A DNA stretch of 64,000 nt. Source: Candidatus Bathyarchaeia archaeon (GTDB lineage Archaea; Thermoproteota; Bathyarchaeia; Bathyarchaeales; Bathycorpusculaceae). This document shows, piece by piece, positions 8,679-18,301 of the stretch (within the stretch, counting starts at the first letter, position 1; the number at the start of each line of letters is the position of its first letter). A program made the position numbers and the translations under genes. The stretch covers positions 60,740-124,739 of the forward strand of contig JBEKTQ010000021.1 in NCBI GenBank assembly GCA_049515895.1. The letters run 5' to 3'. The notes beneath the pieces are model-generated. The model saw nothing but the letters and a program-made list of their open reading frames with translations, was not told the DNA's origin and made no database searches.

Positions 8679-9395
8679 TTAAATGCCTGCTTTTCCTACT
8701 TCTTTAACGTAGACAACTACTGGAGGCTCAGGCAGTTTCTGAGCTGCAACATTCACCTGTTCAGCATATGTTTTTGATCTCTGAAGGGAATCCTGGGTGT
8801 CGCCTAGGAGCACGCTTGAAACTTTGCTTTTCGTTAACTCATAGTCGGTTTTCTCTGAAGTTGCACGTCTAAGAGCATCTTGAAGCGCCACAAACGCAGA
8901 CTTGTAGGTTTCCTCATCTACTTTGCCGATTTCATGCTCGATTTCCAGGTTAGCGATGGCGTAGCTTAGAGATGTTATTTCTTCTTTGCAACGCTCGATT
9001 TCAACCGTGGCGTCGTCGACGATTTCCTGAGCATCTTTCCTAAGCGAAGACAGTACGTTAGTGAAGCTGTTGTGCAGGTCCTGATAGATGTCGGGGCTGA
9101 TTTTTTTCTTGTCAAGAAGGTCTTTTAAGGCTTGGTCTTTGCGCCAAATTAACGGTATGTGGTCACATAAAATGCCTGATTGGGACTTGATTTTTGTTAT
9201 GAACATAATTTCAGCGCCATTAAAGCGTAAGCTTTCCATGGGCTGTTTTGTAAATTGACCATCACCAAATTCGACGTAAACTGCATCAAATTTTCCGCTT
9301 GGAGTTAATGCGAATGAAGCAATTTTACCGATGACTCGGCCATATTCGTTTTTAACGGGTTTACCAATATAAAGAAAAAGATTGGAGTTAGACAT
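8679..9395 (-). CDS. cdvA: CdvA cell-division protein
   Basis: PRC barrel (YIGKPVKNEYGRVIG), coiled coil with LEIEHEIG, C-terminal PVVVYV peptide; directly upstream of cdvB. Confidence 0.9.
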   Translation of the reverse strand: MSNSNLFLYIGKPVKNEYGRVIGKIASFALTPSGKFDAVYVEFGDGQFTKQPMESLRFNGAEIMFITKIKSQSGILCDHIPLIWRKDQALKDLLDKKKISPDIYQDLHNSFTNVLSSLRKDAQEIVDDATVEIERCKEEITSLSYAIANLEIEHEIGKVDEETYKSAFVALQDALRRATSEKTDYELTKSKVSSVLLGDTQDSLQRSKTYAEQVNVAAQKLPEPPVVVYVKEVGKAGI

Positions 9396-9414
9396 TGTGC
9401 TTTATCCTCCTATT

Positions 9415-9979
9415 TTAGAATCCCTGTGTTGATTTCTCTGTTTGTGGGGCTGCTGGCATTCCAGGCGGCAGATCTGGGAATTTGTCCTTGATCTTCTGCT
9501 CTGCGACTGTGGCGGCTTCTGTGAGAATCTTTGCTGCATCCTCGTTTACTGTGTCAAAGTTCAGTGTCATTCCGCTGCCTTGGCCTGCTTCGATCATTAT
9601 TCCGCTCAGCATGTTACCGATTTCGCCCAGTTCATTTTCTGCTTCTGGGAACACGCTTACTAAGCCTGCTCTGACGGAACGTAGAACTCCTACGGCTGGA
9701 CCTTTTGCGGACTTCAGCTAGCTCGTTAGCGAAGACGTTTGCGCGTGCGCTGTCATGCTTCGCGTAGGCGTCAACGATTCTGGCGAAAATTGCTTTGTCT
9801 CTTTGGCTGAACCTGTCTGTTGCTTGGTCAAGCTTCTGAACTTGAAGGTCGATGCGTCTGACTGCGAAGTCAAGTCGTGGCTTCAATGGCCCTGGCGGCT
9901 TCACTGCGTCTTTAATGCGGTTTTGGAAGGGTGTGTCGTCCCGCTTGCTGTCCCACTTTTTTGCGAAATTTTCTGACAA
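9415..9979 (-). pseudogene. Second ESCRT-III paralog (CdvB1/2-like, no wH domain), split by an internal deletion and frameshift at 9703
   Basis: TTG 9979 with GAGGT SD. 5' half ends ELAEVRK; one base later the 3' half resumes GPAVGVLRSV in another frame. 32 aa present in the neighbouring CdvB are missing. Confidence 0.85.
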
Positions 9980-10051
9980 TTTGATTACCTCTGAACACAA
10001 GGACATGCGGAGTGTAATCTTAACCATTGTTAATATGTTGAGAATATGCGC

Positions 10052-10071
10052 GTATATATGTACATATATAC
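10052..10071. promoter_or_regulatory. Perfect 20-bp palindrome GTATATATGTACATATATAC in the cdv promoter region
   Basis: Self-complementary; about 70 bp upstream of the first cdv gene, between divergent genes. Confidence 0.55.
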
Positions 10072-10196
10072 ATCACGAAAAAAAGTCCATTAGGCTTGCG
10101 ATATAAGAGTTAAAGACGATGTAAGCGCTAATCTGTTTATACAGAAATATGTAAGTTAGACTAAAAAGCTCGGCGAGGTAATGCTAAAACAAAAAG

Positions 10197-10433
10197 GTGA
10201 ATCAAATGAATAGCAGACTAAAAATATTCGGATTAATAGCTCTTTTAGGCTTCGTAGCAGGCATCATAGCCCAACTTACCGCGACCTTTTTCATTCCATG
10301 GCTCATCACAATTTTGCCGTCTTTAGAAGGTGCAACAACCTACTTGATCTCAGGCTTTGCGGGCGCATGCCTAACAGTTGTGCTAGTTGGCGCATGGGCA
10401 TACATGACTGGGAAGAAAGACCCCTACCAATAA
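10197..10433 (+). CDS. Small two-TM membrane protein, divergent from the cdv operon
   Basis: Two hydrophobic helices; AGGTGA SD suggests start at ATG 10206; T-rich tract downstream. Confidence 0.75.
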   Translation: MNQMNSRLKIFGLIALLGFVAGIIAQLTATFFIPWLITILPSLEGATTYLISGFAGACLTVVLVGAWAYMTGKKDPYQ

Positions 10434-10484
10434 GAGCTTAATCCCTCTTTCTTTATTACCAAATTTTTAAAAAAGTATGGAAGA

Positions 10485-11504
10485 TTATTTAGTTTCTGCC
10501 GCGTTGCTTTTTCTGATTTTCCCGTAAGCGATCAGCGGCGCGCCCAAGAAAATAAGAGCTACTGCCCAAAGGTTAGGGTTGTGAAGTGGACCTATCACTT
10601 CGTACCACACGCTGGGATGCGCTGGGTAGGCGCCTGTAAGGTAATAGTAGAACAGGTTGAAGATGAAGTAGCCGCTGAGCGCAACCATGAAGACACCGAC
10701 CCATGCCAGGTTTGGCAATGTCAACTGTTTTTTGATTGCTGGAAGCGTCGTTACTAAAGCTGCAATGGCAAGGGCGAGCAGACCGAAAACGGTGAGGAAA
10801 AAGCTTAGGAAATTGGCTGGCTGCAACACGAAGCTTAGTCCCCATTGTTCATAAACCCGTGTGTATGGAACAGCTTCGCCTGCCCACAGCATGGTGTAGT
10901 TGAACCAGAAAACGGCGAAGAGGTAGCCGACCCCAGCTAAACAAGTCCACTTCAGGATTTCATGGCTAGGCGCCTCCTTCTTGACCACTGCTCGCAGTTT
11001 GAGAAGCAGCGGCGGAACGATTAGAACCATGGCGAGACAAGGGATCAATGTGCAATAGATTAGCAGGATTCCAGGTGTATGACCAAAATAGAAGAGAAGC
11101 TGGCTTGTTGAGTTGTAAGCTGCGGCGGTGATTATTGAGGGAATCAACGCGAGAAAGAAAACGGCTTCAAGCAGTAGCGCCATGCATGCGCTTTGCCGCA
11201 TGGTTAGCAATGTGTTGTCTTTTTTTCTCCAGAATAGGAAAGCGGCGTAAACAGCGAATGCTCCCGCTATGGCGCGGCTCAAGATTGCGATCGAGCCAGA
11301 AACTCCTTCGCTGCTGTAGAAGAGGAATAGCCACCACCAGGGATTATGCGTTAACGAAGTGTAAATGTAATTGTTGGTAAGCATGCCTAAACTATCGCGC
11401 ATTCCGCTTACTGCAAAGTAGACATTATAGGCGAAATACGTGGAAGCGACAGTCAAGACCCAAAAGCGAAGCGAACCTGCGTATTCTTCAAGACGTTGGC
11501 CCAT
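10485..11504 (-). CDS. Multi-pass membrane protein (about 8 TM), function unknown
   Basis: Alternating hydrophobic segments over 339 aa. Confidence 0.75.
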   Translation of the reverse strand: MGQRLEEYAGSLRFWVLTVASTYFAYNVYFAVSGMRDSLGMLTNNYIYTSLTHNPWWWLFLFYSSEGVSGSIAILSRAIAGAFAVYAAFLFWRKKDNTLLTMRQSACMALLLEAVFFLALIPSIITAAAYNSTSQLLFYFGHTPGILLIYCTLIPCLAMVLIVPPLLLKLRAVVKKEAPSHEILKWTCLAGVGYLFAVFWFNYTMLWAGEAVPYTRVYEQWGLSFVLQPANFLSFFLTVFGLLALAIAALVTTLPAIKKQLTLPNLAWVGVFMVALSGYFIFNLFYYYLTGAYPAHPSVWYEVIGPLHNPNLWAVALIFLGAPLIAYGKIRKSNAAETK

Positions 11505-11604
11505 CTAATCACCGTCAGAGTGTTGGGGCTTTTAGCTATTTAGTTCTATTTACGGAACAAAACGTTCCAAAGCTGGAACGCGCACCTTTTGCCGTAGTCT
11601 TTAT

Positions 11605-12324
11605 TTATAACTGCCCAAGTATCAATGGGAGTTCAGTTAAACTTTTTATGGTCACGTCTGGAACGACGTTCTCAATTTGATTTTCTTCGCGTCTCTTAAC
11701 GTAAACTGTTTTCATTCCGACTGTTTTGGGGCCTGCGATGTCTGCATCGAGGGTGTCGCCGACGAAAACCGTTTCAGCCGCCGAAACACCCAAGGCACTT
11801 AGAGTTAAGTTGAAGATTTCTGGGCTCGGCTTGCGCTTGTTAACCGCTCCTGACACCACAACCGCGTCAAAAAGATTGCCCAGCCCATGTATTTTGAGCA
11901 GTCTATCAACGCATTCAGGAATGACATAGTTAGAAACGATGCCCAGCTTGTACCTGCCGTAGAGGCTGCGCAGCAGGGGTTCAGCGTCACTGTCCAAGTA
12001 AACGTGATTCATAAATTCCTCACAGAAAACTGAGCTGGCCGACACGACAAGGAAGCTGGAGGAATCAAAGTTGTAACCCAGCATTTTTAGCGCCAACGCG
12101 ATTCGAACGTTGAAGTGCGGCTCCTCAAGGTTTCGATCAGCCTTCGAATAAAGTTCCTCACGGGCTTTACTAAATACTTCTTGAAACCTTTGCAAATGCA
12201 CGTTCACACCGTTTTCGACCAGGAATGTGTACATATGTAGCATGGATGGACTGTAGAAATCATGGTTCTTCCTGATCATCATCAAGGTATCGAACATATC
12301 AAACAAAATAGCTCTAACCGTCAT
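11605..12324 (-). CDS. HAD-superfamily hydrolase
   Basis: FDMFDTL, VSN, KPSPEIF, VGDTLDADI. Confidence 0.9.
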   Translation of the reverse strand: MTVRAILFDMFDTLMMIRKNHDFYSPSMLHMYTFLVENGVNVHLQRFQEVFSKAREELYSKADRNLEEPHFNVRIALALKMLGYNFDSSSFLVVSASSVFCEEFMNHVYLDSDAEPLLRSLYGRYKLGIVSNYVIPECVDRLLKIHGLGNLFDAVVVSGAVNKRKPSPEIFNLTLSALGVSAAETVFVGDTLDADIAGPKTVGMKTVYVKRREENQIENVVPDVTIKSLTELPLILGQL

Positions 12325-12469
12325 CGAATTTTCCTAAAAATAAAGTTTAGACAGGGTTAAAATTCTTATCGCAACCCAAAACCATTTTTCAATTGGCTCC
12401 TCTCTCACTCGGACTCTTCACTTTAGCCAAGGAAATAGGCTGCCTCAAACATGTAAAATTCTAAACCCG

Positions 12470-15355
12470 TTACTTATCCCAGTATTCCCTAGTGCGCAGA
12501 TACTGAACCTTTGCCTTCAACAAATCCATGTAGAACCCGTCTTCCTGCGAATGCATCTTGCCTAAAATCCGCGAAGCCGTTTCCGGACCGACACCTTTCA
12601 CCTGCAAAGCCCGCACAGCATCTTTGCCGTAACTCAAAATCAAATCCGCCTTACGCCGCGCCTGGCTGAGCTCCTTGAGTTCCTCGGGAGTCAATTCTTT
12701 GCCTTCTTTTCTTCGGGCCAAAGCATCCCATAATTGGTTAGCATCCTGTGAACGGTAAAGCGGCGCCAAAAGTCCTGAACCGCACTTGGGGCACTCGGGC
12801 TGCAGAGGAAGATCCTTGATTTTTTTCTGCGCTGTCCACTGGGCACATTTCATACACATCAGCGTTATGGTGCGTGCGTCAATCGCCATTTTCATTTTAT
12901 CAATGTTGTTTACTATGACTCGTTCTGGAGCCATCAGCTCAGTGACATCGGCGTATTTGGATAAGAAGTGATAGGCGAGCGGCGTCGGCTTTTCGTAGCT
13001 GATGTAGGTTGTAAGCTTGATTTTCCCGTGTGCAACGTCACCCAAAATTTGTTTGGTTCGTGGCAAATCGATTTTTTCCATCATTGCTTCGCGAATGGTT
13101 TCGCGGTAAACAGGCGTATTGTTAAACTGGGCTCTGAGTTCGCTTTGCCGTTGGTAACTCATGGTTTTTCCACGGGGCAAAACGCCGAATCTTTCAGCTA
13201 CAGCCTTCATCTTGTACCCGAACGGGAACTTGGCTCCCAAATATTTCTCAAATGCAAATTCAACTGCTTGGTCACTGAGTCCGAACAGGGTTTGAGGAAG
13301 CTCAGCGACTTCTTGTTTGTTGAGTTTCCGCGCCAGTTCAATTAGGATTCTGTAGCCGTCGGTCCACCAGCCCGTTATGATTTCTCGCTCGGACAATACG
13401 CTATCGAAGACTCCGCCCAGAGTCTTATTAACAAGATCGCCGAAGCAGGCGTGGACAATCAGGTATTTGTCGTAAACCTCCAAAACAACATGTTTCTCAG
13501 TTGGCAAAGGCGCATTCTGCCGGATTTGCTCGTCAACTTCCGAAATTGCGTTAAGCATACTTTCTCTGTCGGAGCCTAATTCTTTAGCTAAAACCTCAGC
13601 CGCAACGCTAACTTCTCCCGTTTCCTTGAGTACCTGGGCAATTCTTTCCCTGTTATGTCCAGTTTGCTGGGCAAGCTCGAATGGCACAGGCAAGATTTCC
13701 CCGTCCCAGCCTGGAACAGAAGCGAATGGGTCTTCGGACGGCAAGACATGCACGGTTCCAGTTTCCTCTTCGATCTGCACTATGCGCCACACCTTGCCTT
13801 TCATGATAAAGTTTAGCCCTAATCGTGCGTGTAGAGCCATGAATTCGTCGCCTAAGGTGCCTATCTTTCGGTCGGAGAGGATGTTTATAACTGGGTACCT
13901 TCGCTCGTCTGAAATCATTGAGAGGTTGCTGTAGTAGTATTCGCGGGTTCTGCGTGTTTTAGTCAAAACTTGGTCGACTTCGTCGAATCTTAAATGGTTT
14001 AGGCTGTCTAAAAAGTGTATCAGGTCCAGTAACTCGATTTTCGGGAGGTTTCGGTACAGGTAAGACCCGTGTAGCAAACGCTCCAACTCATCGACCTTAA
14101 CCATTTGCAGATCCATCAGCATCCCAGCGATTTGGTGCGACAGAACGTCCAGCGCGTTCTCATGCATCAAGACAGGTTCAATCATGTTACTCTTGGCGTT
14201 TTTTATGGATGCCAAAGCTTCAAGGGTGTCATCTGGGTAAACAGTGATTATTGTGCCTTCAGAGGCTCTGTCCAAACTATGTCCGCTTCTGCCGACTCGT
14301 TGAATGAGGCTGTTTACCTGCCGCGGTGACATATATTGGATGACCAGATCTACGTTGCCGATGTCTATGCCTAACTCCAAAGTGCTCGTGCAGATAATGG
14401 CTTTCAGCTGCCCATTCTTAAAAGCATCCTCAATGCCGATTCTTTCCTCTTTACTGATTGACCCATGATGAACCGCCACGTCATCCCTGTTCAGCTGCTG
14501 AAGTTTATGTCCCAAAACCTCCGCGACCGTGCGGCTATTAACGAAAACAAGGGTTGACTTATGCGAATCAATAAGCTCCAAAATTCGCCTAATTCTTGCA
14601 GCTGCTTCAGGCGACGTTTCCAGTTTTCCAGCCATCTCAAAATCTATTTCTTTTGGCGAGGGATTTTCAACGTTGTAGCGGTAGCTTTTCTCAGGCAACG
14701 CTTCGATGATGCATATTTTTCGTCGGGTACCAGCAATGAACTTGGCGATTTCCTGTGGGTTCCCAACGGTTGCTGACAAGCCGATTCTCTGGAACTCCTT
14801 GCCCGTAACCAACTGCAGCCGCTCAAGTGCCAAAGAAAGCTGGGCTCCCCGTTTGCTTGAAGCCAAATCATGGACCTCATCCACGATGACGAACTCTACA
14901 TTCCGTAGGTGCTGACGCATCTGGGTTCCAGGAAGCACGGCCTGCAAGGTTTCAGGCGTGGTAACAAGCAGAGTTGGCGGTTTTTTAGCCTGCATTCGAC
15001 GCGTCTTCTGCTCTGTGTCTCCATGGCGAACTTCCACTGTTAAGTCAAGCTTCTGCGCCCAAAGGGTCAGGCGTTTTAGCATGTCTCGGTTTAACGCGCG
15101 AAGAGGCGTAATGTAGAGCGCCCTTATGCCTTTCTGACCTTTGCTTTGCTCCTCAATTAGCTTGGAGAAAACGGGTAGAAGAATCGCTTCAGTTTTTCCG
15201 CTGCCAGTCGGCGCAACCAAAAGCACGTTTTCGCTGTTAAGCACTGCTGGGAAGGCCAGAGTCTGCGGCAAGGTAGGCTCGGTGAAACCGAGCTCAGCTA
15301 ACGCTTTTTGAACTGGCGCAGCAAGCAAATTGAAAACGAAAGGTTGAGTCTGCAT
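12470..15355 (-). CDS. lhr: Lhr-family SF2 helicase with C-terminal Zn ribbon
   Basis: APTGSGKT, DEVH, SAT, HHGS, QRVGRSGH; CMKC...CPKC. Confidence 0.92.
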   Translation of the reverse strand: MQTQPFVFNLLAAPVQKALAELGFTEPTLPQTLAFPAVLNSENVLLVAPTGSGKTEAILLPVFSKLIEEQSKGQKGIRALYITPLRALNRDMLKRLTLWAQKLDLTVEVRHGDTEQKTRRMQAKKPPTLLVTTPETLQAVLPGTQMRQHLRNVEFVIVDEVHDLASSKRGAQLSLALERLQLVTGKEFQRIGLSATVGNPQEIAKFIAGTRRKICIIEALPEKSYRYNVENPSPKEIDFEMAGKLETSPEAAARIRRILELIDSHKSTLVFVNSRTVAEVLGHKLQQLNRDDVAVHHGSISKEERIGIEDAFKNGQLKAIICTSTLELGIDIGNVDLVIQYMSPRQVNSLIQRVGRSGHSLDRASEGTIITVYPDDTLEALASIKNAKSNMIEPVLMHENALDVLSHQIAGMLMDLQMVKVDELERLLHGSYLYRNLPKIELLDLIHFLDSLNHLRFDEVDQVLTKTRRTREYYYSNLSMISDERRYPVINILSDRKIGTLGDEFMALHARLGLNFIMKGKVWRIVQIEEETGTVHVLPSEDPFASVPGWDGEILPVPFELAQQTGHNRERIAQVLKETGEVSVAAEVLAKELGSDRESMLNAISEVDEQIRQNAPLPTEKHVVLEVYDKYLIVHACFGDLVNKTLGGVFDSVLSEREIITGWWTDGYRILIELARKLNKQEVAELPQTLFGLSDQAVEFAFEKYLGAKFPFGYKMKAVAERFGVLPRGKTMSYQRQSELRAQFNNTPVYRETIREAMMEKIDLPRTKQILGDVAHGKIKLTTYISYEKPTPLAYHFLSKYADVTELMAPERVIVNNIDKMKMAIDARTITLMCMKCAQWTAQKKIKDLPLQPECPKCGSGLLAPLYRSQDANQLWDALARRKEGKELTPEELKELSQARRKADLILSYGKDAVRALQVKGVGPETASRILGKMHSQEDGFYMDLLKAKVQYLRTREYWDK

Positions 15356-15602
15356 TTTACTATGGCATACTGATTGAAGCGTGCTTTAACCTTTTACCCT
15401 TAAAACTACGGCTTCTGCCTGAAAAAACCCAAGTTTTACGGTCAAAGTGTGCAGTCAGTCTTGGGAGGTTCAGGGTGTGAAATGGATTTGACAAACAGCT
15501 TCATTGGGTTTTGCCAGAAAGTTAATATTTGCTAAAAGCCCATGCAAAAAGATAAGGAAAGTTGAACTTACAGTTAACAGAACCCTGACAAGTTAGCGGT
15601 AG

Positions 15603-15920
15603 GTGGACAAGGTGAACTTAAAACTGTACGCAGTCAAAAAAGGCAACCAGAAGATAGAACGCAATGTCCAACTGGTCGTCGTGGATCTAGACAGGGGCAA
15701 GCGTTACCCGCTGAACTTCGTCTGCATCCTGCCCAGATACCTCCGCCTGCTTGAAAAAAGATCCAGCAACTTCGCCAAAATCTTTGGCGAAAAGAGCATA
15801 GGCGTCGCGAAGAACCTTTTAGTTGAAGCAAAACATGTTGAAGAAGACCAGGATATACAGAAAGCTATCAGCAAACGAATAAAAGACATCGAACACAAAA
15901 ACACCCAAGCAGTCCGCTAG
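15603..15920 (+). CDS. Hypothetical basic protein
   Basis: 105-aa ORF in otherwise free intergenic space. Confidence 0.65.
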   Translation: MDKVNLKLYAVKKGNQKIERNVQLVVVDLDRGKRYPLNFVCILPRYLRLLEKRSSNFAKIFGEKSIGVAKNLLVEAKHVEEDQDIQKAISKRIKDIEHKNTQAVR

Positions 15921-16044
15921 GTTCAAGCCACTCCAAAAAAGAGACAAACGCAATTTCTATTTAACAAGTTTTTAGCGAAGATAGTTTTAGATTTAAATTC
16001 TGGGCAAGCGAATGCTATGCTAATAGCTTGGAGGGAGGGAGCGT

Positions 16045-16914
16045 GTGGCTTTAGACTGGGGAATAGCCCTTGCTGCTGTTGCTATGGTCAGTTGGGGAGT
16101 AGCAGACTTCTTAGCTAAGAAGGCCATAGACCAAATCGGCTACAGAACCAGCATAGTCATAAACCAAGCTGTCGCGTTTGTTCCAATCCTGTTCATCGCA
16201 GCTTTTTTCTTCAGAATGCCCAGTTTTTCGCCCCTGCTGGTAGGCGAAATCTTTTTGGCGGGCGTAACAGGAGTCATCGGCTATATATTCTTGTACAGAG
16301 GCTTCGGAAGAGGCAACGTGTCAATTGTCGCCCCGATTACCGCCAGCTGGTCAGTCATAACCGTCCTGCTGGCAGGCATTCTTTTCGCAGAAGTTTTAAC
16401 CCCACTACAAATCGGGGGCGTCGTCGCGGTTTTCATCGGAGTGTTTTTCGCTTCAACAAACTTTGCAGAACTAAGAAGAAGCATCAAAGTGGGCGGTTGG
16501 TCAGCGGGCGCTACCGATGCCGTGGTGGCAATGATCGCGTGGGGAATCAGCTACGCGTTGCTTAAGCCAATCACGTCGGCAGTCGGACCCGTCTTGGCGC
16601 TTTTTCTACTTAAAATCCTCGCTGTAGCGGCCCTTTTCTCATGGACGGGCGTGACCAAAACCAAGGTTTCGGTGCCAGCCAAAATGATTTTCCTTTTCTT
16701 AGCCGTGGCGGGGCTACTGGATTTTTCAGCGTACTTAGCTTTTAACTTCAGTTTAAACACTCAGTATGTTTCGGTGGTTTCGGCGATAGTGGCGACGGCC
16801 CCAGCCATAACCATAGCGCTCGCCTATGTTTTTTTGAAGGAAAGAATTGTTCGTAACCAGAAACTTGGGATAACCGCCATACTAGTCGGGCTGGTTCTCA
16901 TTTCCCTGGCTTAA
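16045..16914 (+). CDS. EamA/DMT family transporter
   Basis: About 10 TM in two repeats; SWGVADFLAK and FLKERI signatures. Confidence 0.88.
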   Translation: MALDWGIALAAVAMVSWGVADFLAKKAIDQIGYRTSIVINQAVAFVPILFIAAFFFRMPSFSPLLVGEIFLAGVTGVIGYIFLYRGFGRGNVSIVAPITASWSVITVLLAGILFAEVLTPLQIGGVVAVFIGVFFASTNFAELRRSIKVGGWSAGATDAVVAMIAWGISYALLKPITSAVGPVLALFLLKILAVAALFSWTGVTKTKVSVPAKMIFLFLAVAGLLDFSAYLAFNFSLNTQYVSVVSAIVATAPAITIALAYVFLKERIVRNQKLGITAILVGLVLISLA

Positions 16915-16924
16915 GAAACCACAA

Positions 16925-18163
16925 TCAGTGACTCTTTCTAGTTTTGCTGCCTCTGTTTGTCGAATGAACAAGAAGTGAAATTAGGTAGTTATTTTCGACA
17001 ATACCGAAGGCGCCGTTTCTGGCTGAAGACTCATCGAATTTTTTGACTCCATCAGGCTTCAAACCCGGAGACTTAATTGCAAAGGGTACTGGGTCTCTTG
17101 CGTGGGTGCCAGTGCTGACTGGTGTGAAATGGTCGGGCGATATAGAAATCGCGTAGGGTTCATCTAACCCTTCTAGAATTCTGCCCAGCAGCCTCTTGTC
17201 CAAATCCTCAATCGTCTTCACTTTCAACGCATAGTCTTTAGCGTGTCCTGCCTCGTCCGGCGCTTCAACATGGACAAAAACCAAATCCACAGTCTGCAAA
17301 GCTTTAAGCGCTGCCTCAGCTTTGCCCTCATAGTCGGTGTCGTATAAGCCCGTTGCTCCGGGAACCTTGATTATTGCCATGCCGGCATAAGTGCCTATAC
17401 CCTTAACCAAGTCAACCGCGGATATGACTGCCCCTGTTAAGCCGAATTTTTCCTTCAAAGTAGGCATAGACGGTTTTTTGCCGCCGCCCCAAGGCCAAAT
17501 CAGGTTTCCAGGCCTTTTACCTGCTTTCTCACGAGCAACATTGACAGGATGACCTCGCAGGATATCTCTTGAACCCACAATCAAGTCTCTAAGCAAAAGA
17601 GCATCTTTCTCAGCTCCAGCCTCTTTGGCTTTCGGCATAACCGCCGTGACCTTCATCCCGATGGCATCATGCGGTGGAGTGCACGCGACAAGCTCAGGAT
17701 GAGGGTAATTTCGCATTATCAAGAAGTGCCTGTAGCTCATCCCTGAGTAGAACTCGATTTTACCTCGCTTCCCAAAGGCTTCTTCAACGGCATCCATCAG
17801 CTCGGAAGCTTCCTCTGATGTTATGTGCCCTGCTGAGTAGTCAAGGATGGCGCCGTCTGCCTCAGTTATCAGGTTGCACCGGTAAGCTGCATCCTTTCGT
17901 CCAAGCTTTATGCCGCGGATGGGGGCTTCAAGGGGTCCTCTGCCTGTACAGTAAATCCTTGGATCGTAGCCCATAAGTGAACATATTGCTGTGTCTGAGC
18001 CCGGGACACACTCAGCTGGAACAGTTTTTAGCAGGCCGCTTTGGCCGTTGGCTGCAATCGAATCCATGTTGGGTTTGTGGGCCGCTTGAAGAGGCGTCTT
18101 GCCTCCAAGCTCCGGAACCGGATAATCAGCCATTCCATCGCCAACAACTAGGATATACTTCAC
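16925..18163 (-). CDS. apgM: Cofactor-independent phosphoglycerate mutase (archaeal type)
   Basis: GDGMAD, KTPL, PGSD, GRGPLEA, HVEAPDEAGH, PDHFTP. Confidence 0.9.
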   Translation of the reverse strand: MKYILVVGDGMADYPVPELGGKTPLQAAHKPNMDSIAANGQSGLLKTVPAECVPGSDTAICSLMGYDPRIYCTGRGPLEAPIRGIKLGRKDAAYRCNLITEADGAILDYSAGHITSEEASELMDAVEEAFGKRGKIEFYSGMSYRHFLIMRNYPHPELVACTPPHDAIGMKVTAVMPKAKEAGAEKDALLLRDLIVGSRDILRGHPVNVAREKAGKRPGNLIWPWGGGKKPSMPTLKEKFGLTGAVISAVDLVKGIGTYAGMAIIKVPGATGLYDTDYEGKAEAALKALQTVDLVFVHVEAPDEAGHAKDYALKVKTIEDLDKRLLGRILEGLDEPYAISISPDHFTPVSTGTHARDPVPFAIKSPGLKPDGVKKFDESSARNGAFGIVENNYLISLLVHSTNRGSKTRKSH

Positions 18164-18301
18164 TTAATCAACTCCAACCTCTGTGCCGTTAAACCTGCAT
18201 TTGCCTTCTTGGCTTTTTAAAGTTAATGCGCGCATATATTTAAGCGCAAAATGACCTGAACAAGTAAAAGAGTGAAACAAAAGGATGGCTATGGCTGGAA
18301 G

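Noticed and set aside
9632-9703. RSSRRSSTF... tail as a real protein end, or a programmed frameshift
   Set aside because: Out-of-frame read-through after the deletion; shifting frame would still leave about 32 core residues missing
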